64,000 nucleotides of DNA, taken from contig OZ037770.1 in NCBI GenBank assembly GCA_964035545.1, positions 310,001-374,000 of the forward strand, given 5' to 3'. This DNA comes from Bugula neritina. Its lineage: Eukaryota; Animalia; Bryozoa. Made by a program: the position numbers and the translations under genes. Below, in pieces: positions 1-13,200 of the stretch (position 1 is the first letter of the stretch; each line of letters begins with the position of its first letter). The notes under the pieces were generated by a model that saw nothing but the letters and a program-made list of their open reading frames with translations, was not told the origin of the DNA and did not search any database.

Positions 1-37
1 GATCTGCAGTTCCACCTAGTCTCGCTCTCTAGGTTCA

Positions 38-415
38 ATATGTTTTATATTGTATTATATTATATTATATTATATTATATTATACTGTATTATATTGTAT
101 TATATTATATTATATTATATTGTATTATATTATACTATATTATATTATATTATATTATATTGTATTATACTGTATTATATTATATTATATTGTATTATAT
201 TATATTATATGTTATATTATATTATATTATATCATATTATATTATATCATATTATATTATATCATATTATATTATATTATATTATACTATATTATGTTAT
301 ATTATATTATATTATATTATGTTATACTATATTGTATTGTATTGTGCCGTGCCGTGCCATACTGTACTGTGTTATACTATATTATACTATATTATACTGT
401 ATTATATCATATTAT
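38..415. repeat. (TATAT)n-type microsatellite, intronic
   Basis: Degenerate 5-bp ATATT tandem repeat; source of the YYIIL pseudo-ORFs. Confidence 0.95.
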
Positions 416-600
416 GAAGCCACTTTGAATAATGATTTGTGAGCTAAAGATACGAAACTCTCAAATTAGTAGCTAGCAGTTTTCTGATTGACTTTTGAAT
501 GTTTACCCCTCTAAGCATGTTTATTACTCTATGCTGTACGCCGGTTTACATATTCCTTCCTGTACGTCTGTCTGTACGTCTGTCTGTACGTCTACTGCAG

Positions 601-3600
601 ACGTGGTACTATTCAAGCTCTGAGAATGAAGCCAACTCTCAGGAAGAAATCCGGTACTTTTGTCGTTTCGAATAACCTTGAGCAGTCTTCTGCTAAGTTG
701 AGTCAGAGGAAGAAGTCAACTGGAAGTAGAGTAACGTGGAGCATTGGAAACGGTACATCATACACCTACATTGTATACCTACCTATGTACTTACCTATAT
801 ACTTACCTATATACTTACCTATATACTTACCTATATACCTACATTGTATACTTACCTATTTAATCATTGTGCTGGAGATGTATTCTGATATTCTGTAAAT
901 CTAGGTCTTCCAGGATGTTCCAGTCTCTGTAGTTGATATGTCCAAGCTTTGTCAGTCTGGGTACATACTGACATTTAGTTAGTTTGGTGGTGTGACTATG
1001 AGATAGTTGCAGTTACAGCTGTAGAACTTATTGCAGTTGCTGCTGTAGAGCTCATTGCAGTTGCTGCTGTAGAGCTCATTGCAGTTGCTGCTGTAGAGCT
1101 CATTGCAGTTACAGCTGGTATAATACTGCCGATACTGTCACAGGCCTGGTCAGTGAAGACTCGAACACTCTCCTTGTCTGCTACAAGCTGCTGGTAGATA
1201 ACATTGAGGCAGAAGTTTGTTTGGAGTATTTACTGGATCAGCGAGTCATCACGGCAGACGAAAAGAGTAGAGTCACTTCCTGTCAACGGAACGAGCAGAA
1301 GATGAAGGCAAGTCACTCTGTATACTCTGTATACTCTGTATTATACTCTGCAGTATACTCTGTATTATACTCTGTATACTCTACTCTGTATACTCTACTC
1401 TGTATACTCTGTATACTAAAGTTACACATATTATATTATACTACACAGGAGCTACTCGAGCTGTTAACCAATAAGAATGCCGGAGCTTACAAGGAGATTC
1501 TGAGAGCCGTAGAGTCAGCGTACCCCGAGGTGGCAGCAGAAATCAAAAACAAACACTCCACTCTGACAGCGTGTCCGGCCCTCAAGTCTACTGGTCAGAT
1601 ATATTTACTTCCTGTCATGTCATCATGTGATGTCATCCTGTGATGTCATCATGTGATGTCATATCTGTTTGTTATTAGTTGACGTTATGCAGTCTTTATA
1701 ATTCAATCAAACACTCGGTCAAACTTTCTAGACAGTCATATCATAGTGATGTCATAGTGATGTCATAGTGATGTCATAATGATGTCATAGTGATGTCATA
1801 GTGATGTCATAGTGATGTCATAGTGATAGCTTGTGTGGTTGTTTGCACTATTATATAATAAATTGATGTCACTGTATTTGTTTTTGTCATGTTTAGAGTT
1901 TTCTCCTCAACCTACTATTATATCTGTAGATATCCGAGCATATCTGAAGAGACACGTACAGTCTATGTATTCCACTCTGTGCTCCGAGATCCAACCGTAC
2001 TTCTGGGATTCGAGAATAAAGACAGACATAAAATCTCACTACATACAGCTGGATGTAACAGATATCAAGGGGTATGATACTATATCATATTACTAGGGGT
2101 ACAAAATCCATCGCAAGTTTAGTCGTTTCGCATAACTTCTTTTTTCACAGATTTTCATAAATTAATGAGAGTTTCTAATAATATAGTCTTATAAACTTCA
2201 TCTCTATAGACTTCATATCTATAGAATATTATCAACTTTTCTTCTATTTCTTGAAATATGTTGTAGTCTGAGAAGCAATGCTCCACGCAGGTAAATCATA
2301 TTTGATGCACCAAAACTTGATTCACTAGTATTGTTTCAGTCTATAATATTTTGAGTTGGTGTTACTTTATGATTTGGTGTTCTGCTACTCTGTAGAGTTC
2401 ACAAGACTTCCTATTTATTCTCCTGCAGCCAAATACTAACTAACATAATATATCCTAACATATATACAACGTAACCTCTGATTGGTTTATCTTTCTAGTC
2501 GCAGTTACCCAATAGAAAGAGTGTTTACAGAATCGCCACGCTCTTGCAAAGTGCTGCTGCAAGGCGAGGCTGGCAGTGGAAAGACCATGTACTGCTATAA
2601 GCTCATCTATGATTGGTCGAGAGGTGACATTCTTCAGAGATTTGACCTTGTAGTCTATTTGGATGTTAAGAAGCTGGGAGTGTCTTTAGAGGAAACAGTT
2701 TATAACCAACTTAGTGGCTACCAGAGTGAGTCGTGTACAGCAAGTGTTGTGTTATTATTCTGCAGTCATGGAAGTGTAATATATATACAATATGTCTAAT
2801 GGTTGTAATGGAACAGCTGTGTACACTCAGTGCTGTATGTTGTCTGCTGTTAGCTGAAGTGAAGCTGTCCAGGGAGGAAGTGATGTCACTGCTCATGGCT
2901 GCTCAACACAACCTCCTTTTCATAGTAGACCTCACTGGCTCTCAGCCTGTCCATCCACTGGTTAGTCTGATAATTCTGTATACTATGTGTGAGTTATCTA
3001 CCCACTAGAGTTATCTCCCCACTAGAGTTATCTCCTCACTACAGTTATCTCCCACTGGAGTTATCTCCCCACTAGAGTTATCTCCTCACTAGAGTTATCT
3101 CCCCACTAGAGTTATCTCTTCACTAGAGTTATCTCCTCACAAAATTTATCTCCCCACTAGAGTTATCTCTTTCATTTTGCAGATATTCTCGCTACTGAAA
3201 GGAGAAATATTTGAAAAGTCGTCTCTCCTCATCACATGTCTTCCCGAACAAGTTGCAGAGTTGTCCCCTTTCTGTCAGAAGCGTCTCATCAACTTAGGCT
3301 TAGATCCTAACAGCAGAAAGAAGTTTATCGAGAGATACGCCCTGCTGAATAGGAATATCGGTACGTTGACTCTTCAGCCTTCAAACATGGTTTCTAGCTA
3401 TTTATAGAATGTGATGAGAAGAGTTTATTTCTCTCCACTCCTTTGATTGTTGCAGTTCAAAGTTGAGGAGAACATAACTCCCGAATAGGTTTCACTATAC
3501 TGCTTTACATTATTGTCATACTGTCTGTTTCCATGTGTTCTATTCATTACATGACTTTGAAAACTGAAGGAGTTTATTTTATTACCTGAATTTGTTTGTT

Positions 3601-6600
3601 TTGCAGTTTTAGCTCCTGATGGTAATGCATTTATTAAAAGATTTTGTATTTTATATGATTTGTGCCCACTTTGACATCTCAGCATTGAAGACCCATAAGT
3701 TTCCACCTTTACTTATCCCAACAGCTCCCCTGGTACATGTGCTGACTCTAAAGGCAGCCCTAAACAGCTGCTGCCTTTGTTATAAATTCTATTGGCAGCA
3801 GTTTATGAATTATCTTCCCTTTATTCCTATTCATTTTCTTTAACTTTTTTGATAATTTATCAGTATTTTAGTTGTTTTCTACTTTGTAGTTTAGCAGTTT
3901 TACTAGTTCATTGGTTTGCTAACCTCATCGCCTCTTTCTTATTTCTATTTTCTTTTAATTACAAGACTATGTTTTGAAGCGCAAGGATACGGTAACGTGA
4001 TAAGCAATACTCTGCTGAGTCTGGGAAAGGCGTATGAATACATGATGAGAATTCCCGAGTGGCTGCAGTTGCTCTGTCTGCTGGTGCAGAATGAAGAGGA
4101 AGTAGAATGTATTACTACGCCGTCTCTACTTCTCTCCCGGGCATTGAGTATCTACCCTTTCCTCTTCTCTATACAGCAGGGTTTGTCTTACATAATAATA
4201 TAATATGTAATATAATATATAATATAAACAGATAATATAAATATGTAATATAATATAAAACATATAATAAAAATGCGCAAAGTAGTTTTACTCGTAAGCC
4301 ATCTTCTATATGTTTACTAGGAGTGCCGTATGACCCGGATAACCCCAACACCGATGTCCTGTACGCTTTGAATCAGCTCCAGTCTATAGCCTTAGAGACA
4401 GTGATGAAGGCCCCTTCCTCCCCTGTTCCATATGAGCATATACAGCACAAGTACGGCTGCAAGCTTCTCATGCAGGTACTCAGTCTAACTTGTGTTCTCT
4501 CAATGTCTGTGTGTCTACAGGACAAGTGATGGCAATGTACTTGTGTACTTGACCTCTCTCATCTGACCTAGCGTACTTGATGCGTAGACTTGAAATGACT
4601 TGATGCATCAACTTATATGAGATTGAACTTAAGTCTTAGCTTATCAATTTAAAACATGAAGACGTTGGTCAGATTTCTTGTAACTCACTATGACTAAAAT
4701 ATTAACTTTTGACAACTTGGCATATAAAACAAACGTAATAATGAGAGTTGTCTGCACACACTTGTAGCTGGGAATCCTCCACACCTACACCTGTATGAAG
4801 GACAACAAACCACAGCAGATGGTCACCTTCTCAAGTTCCACCATTCAGCTCTTCCTGGCAGCGTGTAAACTCTCTCTGCTGCCATCAGACCAAATCAGTC
4901 AGTACCTAGAGTCTTTGCTGACAGACCTTGACCTGCGTAGACTGTGTGTCTACTTCATCAGCTGTAAGAGGGGCGTCACCTCCTCCCCCACCAGCTCTCA
5001 CCTCCAACAGATCTTCTCACTCCTAGCTAAACAAAATCGCTTAGCTGCAGCGCCAGGCCAAGATGGCGTCTATTCCTTAGGTTTGTGACTCTACAGTGAC
5101 AGTGTGTGACAGGACAGTGACTGTCTGTGACAGGACAGTAATATGTATGGTGACAAGATGTTATAAGAACGCAGTAAATAGGTTTCTAACAGCCCAGTGT
5201 TTGAGTTTCTTGCTGGGAAATCTGTGTCATCAAGTCACATGACACATGATTGAGATTCACTGGTTTATACTGTTGCAGCCGACTACTCGCTCAGTCTGAC
5301 TTGTGTACACGAGTGTGAAGATATGAAGAACTTGGTGAGGATAGTCGGACAAAGTCTACCTAGCAAGTTACTCATCTCTCTCCAACAGATTCACTCTAGT
5401 GCAGTTATCAAAGGTGAAGGTCATTCAACTTGATGAACTAGCATTTTGGTAATTGTTGGTCTCAAATTGCTGAGCAATGTTTGCTGTAGCTGTACGTATG
5501 CTGTAGCTGTACGACTGCTGTAGCTGTACGACTGCTGTAGCTGTACGACTGCTGTAGCTGTACGTCTGCTGTAGCTGTACGTCTGCTGTAGCTGTACGTC
5601 TGCTGTAGCTGTACGTCTGCTGTAGCTGTACGTCTGCTGTAGTTGTACGTCTGCTGTAGTTATATGACATCATCATGTCTTCTGCAGGTCTGAATAGAAT
5701 CATGGAGAAGAACTTCTCTAAAGTTTCTCATATTAGCATAGTTCTAGAATCTTCTGCATACTTCTCCATGAACTCGCTGTTAGAACTCGCCGAGTGTATA
5801 AAGAATTCAACGTCCGTCACCCAGCTCAACTTATCCTACACGTCCACGGAGCTGCTCACCCACTTCCTTCACTTCCTGACCAATGAGTATCGAGCCAACA
5901 TTCTGACTCTTGTCTTCGAGTGTAAAGCTGCCCCAACAGGTAACTGTAACGAGGTCATGTGTCGTGTAAGAGTAAGTCAGCTGATAATCATTGGATTGGT
6001 CACTCAATCTTAGGTTATATATTATGATAATATCCAGTAATTGAGTTAGTGATAGTGGTGAAATTAGCAATTACGCATGGGTTTGGTGATTCAACTTGCA
6101 GTGAGTGAGTTAGTTAGTAGTGACTCAGTTAGTAGTGAGTCAGTTAGTAGTGTCAGTTAGTAGTGAGTCAGTTAGTAGTGAGTCAGTTAGTAGTGAGTGA
6201 GTTAGTCGTGAGTCAGTTAGTAGTGAGTCAGTTAGTAGTGAGTCAGTTAGTAGTGAGTCAGTTAGTAGTGAGTCAGTTAGTAGTGAGTCAGTTAGTAGTG
6301 AGTCAGTTAGTAGTGAGTCAGTTAGTAGTGAGTCAGTTAGTAGTGAGTCAGTTAGTAGTGAGTCAGTTAGTAGTGTGTCAGTTAGTAGTGAGTCAGTTAG
6401 TAGTGAGTCAGTTAGTAGTGAGTCAGTCAGTATTGAGTCAGTTAGTAGTGAGTCAGTTAGTAGTGAGTCAGTTAGTAGTGAGTCAGTTAGCAGTGAGTCA
6501 GTTAGTAGTGAGTCAGCTAGTAGTGACTCAGTTAGTAGTGAGTCAGTTAGTAGTGAGTCACGTTTTCCTACTCAATACTTTTCTAACTTGTAGAAAAACT

Positions 6601-7435
6601 CTCGGCCAGCACATACACTGACCTCAAGTCGGCCATCTCCTCTCTCTCGGGAATCACTGCCTTTAGACTGAGTGGATGCAGGAACTCCTTAGCATTGCGT
6701 AATGTGGTTAGGAACCTCCCACACACTCTGCACACTCTGGAGTAAGTTCTCAGTCTAACACTTGGTGTGTATTTCTCATAATATATCCAGGTTGTAGGAT
6801 CAAATGTTAATTCCTTTGAAATACTTTGTACAGTAATACTTTCTACAACTGAAGACGGGTCATGTGTAGTTTAGCTCAACTAGCCTACTTTGTGTGAAAC
6901 TCTCAGTATCCTCCTGCTTGTAGGATTACAGAGAGTTTGCTAGACTCTTCAGCCTTAGATATAACAGCGTACTTAGACGGGGCCCCCGCACTGCACCTCC
7001 TCAATCTCGAAGGATGTGAGTTGAGTGATGGGGCTACGGGAATGAATCTGTTCAAAGGTGTGAGAAACAACAAATCTTTAGTTCAACTCAGACTACGTGG
7101 TGCGGCCCTCAACACCCAGACTATTAAGGTATGTTTTATAATATTATATGTGGTTAGTATGTTATATTATACATGTGGTTAGTATCTTATATTATGTATA
7201 CTTGATGTTTGTACAGGTTTTATGTGAAGCCCTAAAGTTCAACAGAGTTTTACAATACCTTGATGTAAGGAACATGGAGTTGTCCACTCAAGCCTGTGTT
7301 TCATTGGCTGGTGTAATCAGTGTCAACGATAGCCTTAGAGAGATAAAACTCTCCCAGAGCTTTGCTAGTGCCGATGGTTTAACAATACTAGACAGTGGAA
7401 GGGCTAAAGACAGCCTAAAGCTCATCATAGAATAA
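601..7435 (+). CDS. NLR-like protein (CARD - NACHT - LRR), multi-exon, 5'-incomplete
   Basis: Phase-consistent exons 601-752, 1144-1307, 1449-1593, 1897-2071, 2499-2725, 2854-2960, 3183-3360, 3980-4180, 4321-4475, 4768-5080, 5279-5413, 5688-5939, 6594-6741, 6924-7128, 7217-7435(TAA). CARD-like LLVDNIEAEVCLEYLLDQRVITADEKSRV...ELLELLTNKNAGAYKEILRAV; Walker A VLLQGEAGSGKT followed by W...LQRFDLVVYL; RI-type LRRs (ALHLLNLEGCEL, NKSLVQLRL, NRVLQYLDV, NDSLREIKL). AATAAA near 7857. Confidence 0.88.
775..860. repeat. 12-bp intronic tandem repeat (ATACTTACCTAT)
   Basis: About 5 copies just downstream of the donor at 753. Confidence 0.85.
2992..3172. repeat. ~17-bp intronic minisatellite ACTAGAGTTATCTCCCC
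   Basis: About 10 copies ending just before the acceptor at 3181-3182. Confidence 0.9.
5482..5660. repeat. 17-bp intronic minisatellite GCTGTAGCTGTACGTCT
   Basis: About 10 copies; same family as 16955-17805 (reverse complement). Confidence 0.9.
6101..6560. repeat. 15-bp intronic minisatellite GTGAGTCAGTTAGTA
   Basis: About 30 near-perfect copies; same unit as 47400-47760. Confidence 0.95.
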
Positions 7436-8989
7436 ACTATGCTGTTCACAGAGGAGTTATTCTCTCTCTGTAAAGCTATCTATTCTATGGAAACGATCAC
7501 GTGTCCACAAAGTTATCATTCTATAAAGTTATTCCTGTACATAGTTAGTTTCTGGGTGTTATCTCCCCTACAATACCAGTCATACAGAGCTGTGGCTTTG
7601 TGTCTCTCTTCTGTTTGTTCAGATGAAGTTTCTACTCTCAATGACACCAGTGGATATACTCTGTTTATGTTGGTTATGTTAGACTACAACCAAAACAGAG
7701 ATGTAAACCCACCTCTGCTCTTTATTATACTTAATAATGTCTAATAAGCTACATTATACACCATATCCACTCTTTCATACACTTTTTAGTACTGACTGTG
7801 AGTATTGAATACTTTACCATGATGGCATGTATATACATGTACAATATACAACAGGAAATAAATTTGAAAAAATACGTCTGATCAAATGGACTCATATGAT
7901 TTGCACCCGTTATAATTTGAGAAAGTCATTTGGGTTAATATTATGAGGAAAGAATTTTTATGTTGGCTATTTTTCAACAGGTTTCAAGTAGTGATGATGG
8001 CTAACGTGTGATCTTGCTTCAGGGTTGGTACAATGTTGTCTCCAAGATTAGCCAGTATTGGGATAATTTCTCTACATTCTGTTACACAAACTGCATGTTG
8101 GCTTTTCTAGGGGGGGGGGGGGGGCGGTGTTATCTGTACCAACGTTTACAAATTTCTTCTAGCTGATGTTGAGTGAGCCCATGCAGTAAATCGTGAATTG
8201 CACCACATATACATGCATCTAGTACTAAAATAATAAAATTCCATCAGCTTAGCAGTCACCTAATTTCAGATTTAGCGGTCTTGGCACGCCTCCAGTTTAT
8301 CTTTCACGCTTAGGTGCTAATGGTTACAAACAGAGTTGTCCTACAAAGTGATGTATATGATCAATGCCCAAGACGTAAAATAAATTAAATAATACTTCTT
8401 GAATTAATTTTAATATAATGAAATAAATTTTATAAAAAAATTTCTTAGTACATTTTTGAAAAACAACGTTGTATTTTTGATAAAAATTCTTCACAGTCTG
8501 ATAGTGTGCACAGAAGACGCGCTTCCGCTATTTAATCTGACGCCCGTCTTACAAGTAATCTTGCTGATTACCAACATGTAATAAGTGTATTTTTTGATAA
8601 ATCAACGAAATTGAAGTAGGTTGACGTTGTTTCTCTAAACCAAAAGAAACTTTGAGTTATTGCTATAAATTTTTAATAGTTTGAGTAGTGTTGGTAATAA
8701 GTGATGCAACTTCATCGATAGTCACCAACGGCAACTGTGAAATTCAATTTCAAATTGGAACATGATGATGATCTATGATAATAATCTCAATATAATTATT
8801 TATCATAATGATTACCATTATCATTATGATAATCATAACAAAATAATAATAATAATTAAGTGATTGTCGCCTAAGGTTATAAATATATCTAATTTTCTAG
8901 TTATCAAGTTTAATGGCTTTGCCTTTTGCACTAACCTTAAGACTTAAGAGTAAGAGTGAGTATTCTGTATCTGCGTCTGTGTTGAGTCT

Positions 8990-9500
8990 CTAGACCCTCG
9001 AGAGGGAAGAGGAGACCTTCACGGAGAAGTGTTATGACTTCAGAGATTTTAAGGTCTCTTATTGTCCTAGTAAGGAAACTATTAAAGTATGTGTTATAAT
9101 TTGTTAGTAATGAACGAGGCATATGTCTGAACATGTTACGTGTTAGCATAGATGGACAATTAGTTAGTTTTTGGAAGGTATTATTAATTTCAGGACAGAC
9201 GTTTTCATTAGCTAGGAATTGAAGTAGTAACTTTATACGGCTTGACTTTCTATATTTAGCTGTTCTCAAGCCTTGGTCATACTTCGAATTTCTTTTAAAC
9301 TTAATATAAACCTCGGTGTCTTGTTATTTGTTCTTGTTCCTTGTTCTTTTAAATAAGGGGGTCCCATACTTCACTGGAGTATTCTAGCACTGGTCTAACT
9401 AATGTTAGATAGGTCAACATCTTAACTTTTTTAGGAGCATTATGTAATGTCGATTTTATGTAACCTGGGATTTTAGTGGCTTTGGTAATTGTAGTATTAG
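8990..9500 (-). mobile_element. Degenerate 3' fragment of a CR1/L2-group non-LTR retrotransposon (RT C-terminus)
   Basis: Minus strand near 9420-9360 reads LTYLTLVRPVLEYSSEVWDP, and ORF 8937-9269 contains YFNSFLTRTIRDL. Both resemble conserved post-RT motifs (LVRPxLEY..xVWDP; SFFPRTIRDWN). Frameshifted. Confidence 0.7.
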
Positions 9501-10273
9501 TATTAAATAATTTTCATCTTGGTATCAAGTTCAATGTAACCTCAATAAATATGATGACACCTAATTTTATGTAAATAGTAATAGTCATTGGTTATTATGA
9601 TGTTGTTGCTATTACTATCAATTATGAATATAGTAATTATGCTGATAGTGAGTAGTATTAGAATAACTATAACAACTACGTTTACGAATAGATAGTTTTT
9701 GTTCTGAATTGCAGCTGGTGGCAGCTTACACTCACTGCTGCAGAACGCTTGCTGGGGCTTTTTTCTCTCTAAGCTTACTAAATTCAATGCTTTTTCCTGT
9801 AACAAATAATTCTAGTAAGTTTTTGACATATACTTGCTAGCTGTTAATACTTTCAATTGCTGTTCAAATTTGGCCGTGATTATAGTCTAAGTTTATTGTT
9901 GATTAGTCTTGGTGCCAGCATTGATCTCTACTACTGCTTTTCGGCAAACTAGAATTTTATGTGAAACTGACATCTGGATAATAGTAGGCTTAGTGACTAG
10001 TCTGTTTGAGTTAGAAGTACGCATGGGGCAAACTCTTCTAGTTAAGTCATCCTAGTATTGGAAGTTTACAATCTTGTCTGAGTCTGAGAGCGATCATCTT
10101 GTTCTTGAAGTTCTTGTATCACAAGATGTTTTAGTTTATACTCTTTGTTTTCACTCTATATCTCACAATGCAATACTTTGTAATTCTACAACATTGCGAT
10201 GGAATACAATACATTATAATACAGTATAAAGTGACACACAATGATTCTTGTATAATTCAAAGGTTGATGAAGC

Positions 10274-13200
10274 ATGGCTAGTCAAACAGACGTACAAGTG
10301 GAGTGTGGATTTTGTGTGAGTAAACTGGAAGATTTGACAGATCCAAGATGTCTACCATGCGGACATATATACTGTCTAGAGTGTCTACTAGGAGACTTTG
10401 AAGTCAATAAAATCCTAAAATGCCCTTTCTGCAGGTAAGTTTTATGTTAAAACCTGTTAATGTTATGTTTTGAGGGATGAAAATCTTGATTAGTTTTTGT
10501 ATCAGGAATTGCCTCCTCAACAGCCGCATGATACTTGGCTCATAGCAGTTACTGAAAGACAAAACATTAGAATTCAAGTTTCAACCTGATTGTTACAGAG
10601 AAGTGTTTGACTTGAAGATAAGCTCACTTCCCTCCTCCACCACAAGAGAGGACTCAGCTCTTTGCTGCGATACTTGTATTAGAAAAGGGGAGACGAATCA
10701 ATCGGCTGTGGTTTATTGCAAGACGTGCACTGCTAAGTTCTGTGCCAAACACAAGGAGGTGGGTTACTGCGTATCACCACACAGCGTCATTGACTACCTG
10801 GTTTTACTTATCTGGTTCTTCTTCAACTCATCTGACAACTCAGCAACGAACAACTGGAGGAAAATATTCTTTATAATAAAATCTTTTAAACTTTTTATAG
10901 TTCTAACCGTATAACTCATTGATTTGTGTTGACATTACATTGCTTTCTCACATTACATTATTTATTCAAATTACATTATTAATTCAAATTACTTTGATGT
11001 ATATTACATTATTAATTCACATTACATTGATGTATATTACATTATTAATTCACATTACATTGTTAGCTCACATTAGCTTAGCTGTGTTCTAATCTGTTAC
11101 ACAGTCACACGATGACCTAATGGGTGCCCACCCTATGATCAACATGACTGAATACAGAACACAGACCATCAAACTAGAACCCAGGCTATGCTCAGAACAC
11201 ACGACTTTACCATACAGTCTGGGGTGTAGGAGTTGTCTCATCGTAGCTTGTACTAAATGTGTCGGGGCCTTGGACAACTGCACGGCTGGTATGTGTGCTT
11301 TCTCATCGTCATACTAAGAGTAGTGTGTATACTATACTCAGGGGGGATAACTACTATATACTAAGAGTAGTGTGTATACTATACTCAGGGGGGATAACTA
11401 CTATATACTAAGAGTAGTGTGTATACTATACTCAGGGGGGGATAACTACTATATACTAAGAGTAGTGTGTATACTATACTCAGGGGGATAACTACTATAT
11501 ACTGAGAGTAGTGTATACTATACTCAGGGGGATAACTACTATATACTAAGAGTAGTGTGTATACTATACTCAGGGGGGATAACTACTATATACTAAGAGT
11601 AGTGTGTATACTATACTCAGGGGGGATAACTACTAAATACTAAGAGTAGTGTATACTATACTCAGGGGAGATAACCACTAAATACTAAGAGTAGTGTGTA
11701 TACTATACTCAGGGGGGATAACTACTATATACTAAGAGTAGTGTATACTATACTCAGGGGAGATAACTACTATATACTAAGAGTAGTGTGTATACTATAC
11801 TCAGGGGGGATAACTACTATATACTAAGAGTAGTGTGTATACTATACTCAGGGGGATAACTACTATATACTGAGAGTAGTGTATACTATACTCAGGGGGA
11901 TAACTACTATATACTAAGAGTAGTGTGTATACTATACTCAGGGGGGATAACTACTATATACTAAGAGTAGTGTGTATACTATACTCAGGGGGGATAACTA
12001 CTAAATACTAAGAGTAGTGTATACTATACTCAGGGGAGATAACCACTAAATACTAAGAGTAGTGTGTATACTATACTCAGGGGGGATAACTACTATATAC
12101 TAAGAGTAGTGTGTATACTATACTCAGGGGGGATAACTACTAAATACTAAGAGTAGTGTATACTATACTCAGGGGAGATAACCACTAAATACTAAGAGTA
12201 GTGTGTATACTATACTCAGGGGGGATAACTACTATATACTAAGAGTAGTGTGTATACTATACTCAGGGGAGATAACTACTAAATACTGAGAGTAGTGTGT
12301 ATACTATACTCAGGGGGGATAACTACTATATACTAAGAGTAGTGTATACTATACTCAGGGGGGATAATTACTATATACTAAGAGTAGTGTGTATACTATA
12401 CTCAGGGGAGATAACTACTAAATACTAAGAGTAGTGAATACTATACTCAGGGGGGATAACCACTAAATACTGAGAGTAGTGTGTATACTATGCTCAGGGG
12501 GATAACTACTATATACTAAGAGTAGTGTGTATACTATACTCAGGGGGGATAACTACTAAATACTAAGAGTAGTGTGTATACTATACTCAGGGGGATAACT
12601 ACTATATACTGAGAGTAGTGTATATACTGTACTCAGGGGAGATGACTACTATATACTAAGAGTAGTGTGTATACTATACTCAGGGGGGATAACTACTATA
12701 TACTAAGAGTAGTGAATCTGTTTCTAGACTCTCCGCTACACAAACTGATGTCACTGGATGAGTTGGTAGCTGAACTGGCGAAGGAGATGGACAAGGTGAG
12801 ATCAGATATGATGGACAGAGAAGATAAACTCTCAGATGTATTCAAACGGATGACTGGAGTATTGTGTGATTATGATAATGAGACTAGAGATATGATAGAG
12901 ACACTCCACAGAACACGAGATGAACAGGTAGATACACAGAACACCTGGTGTACAGGTAGATACATAAAACACCTGGTGTACATGTAGATACACAGAACAC
13001 GTAATGAACAGGTAGATACACAGAACATCTGATGTACAGGTAGATTCATAGAACACCTGGTGTACAGGTAGAGTCTTGAACGCATGAAAGTCTCTTTGCT
13101 AAGTTGATTCACAACTTGAATAAAACTTTCTGTGTAACTGAAGAGTTCTCTGTCAACAGTTAGAATATGAAGAGTTGTCTACCTATATTCACGTATAACT

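Noticed and set aside
40-442. Tyr/Ile/Leu-rich ORFs (also at 18716-19243, 21583-21795, 31630-32136)
   Set aside because: They are translations of AT-rich intronic tandem repeats, open in several frames, with no coding signal.
905-960. Possible extra NLR mini-exon
   Set aside because: No acceptor and donor combination I tried kept the frame between exons 601-752 and 1144.
6163-6621. (SQLVV)n ORF, also at 47400-47789
   Set aside because: Lies in introns whose removal restores continuous NLR and VPS15 protein; 15-bp repeat artefact.
11312-12716. CRISPR-like regular repeats (also 51566-51910)
   Set aside because: No unique spacers, no cas genes and a eukaryotic intron context; these are plain minisatellites.
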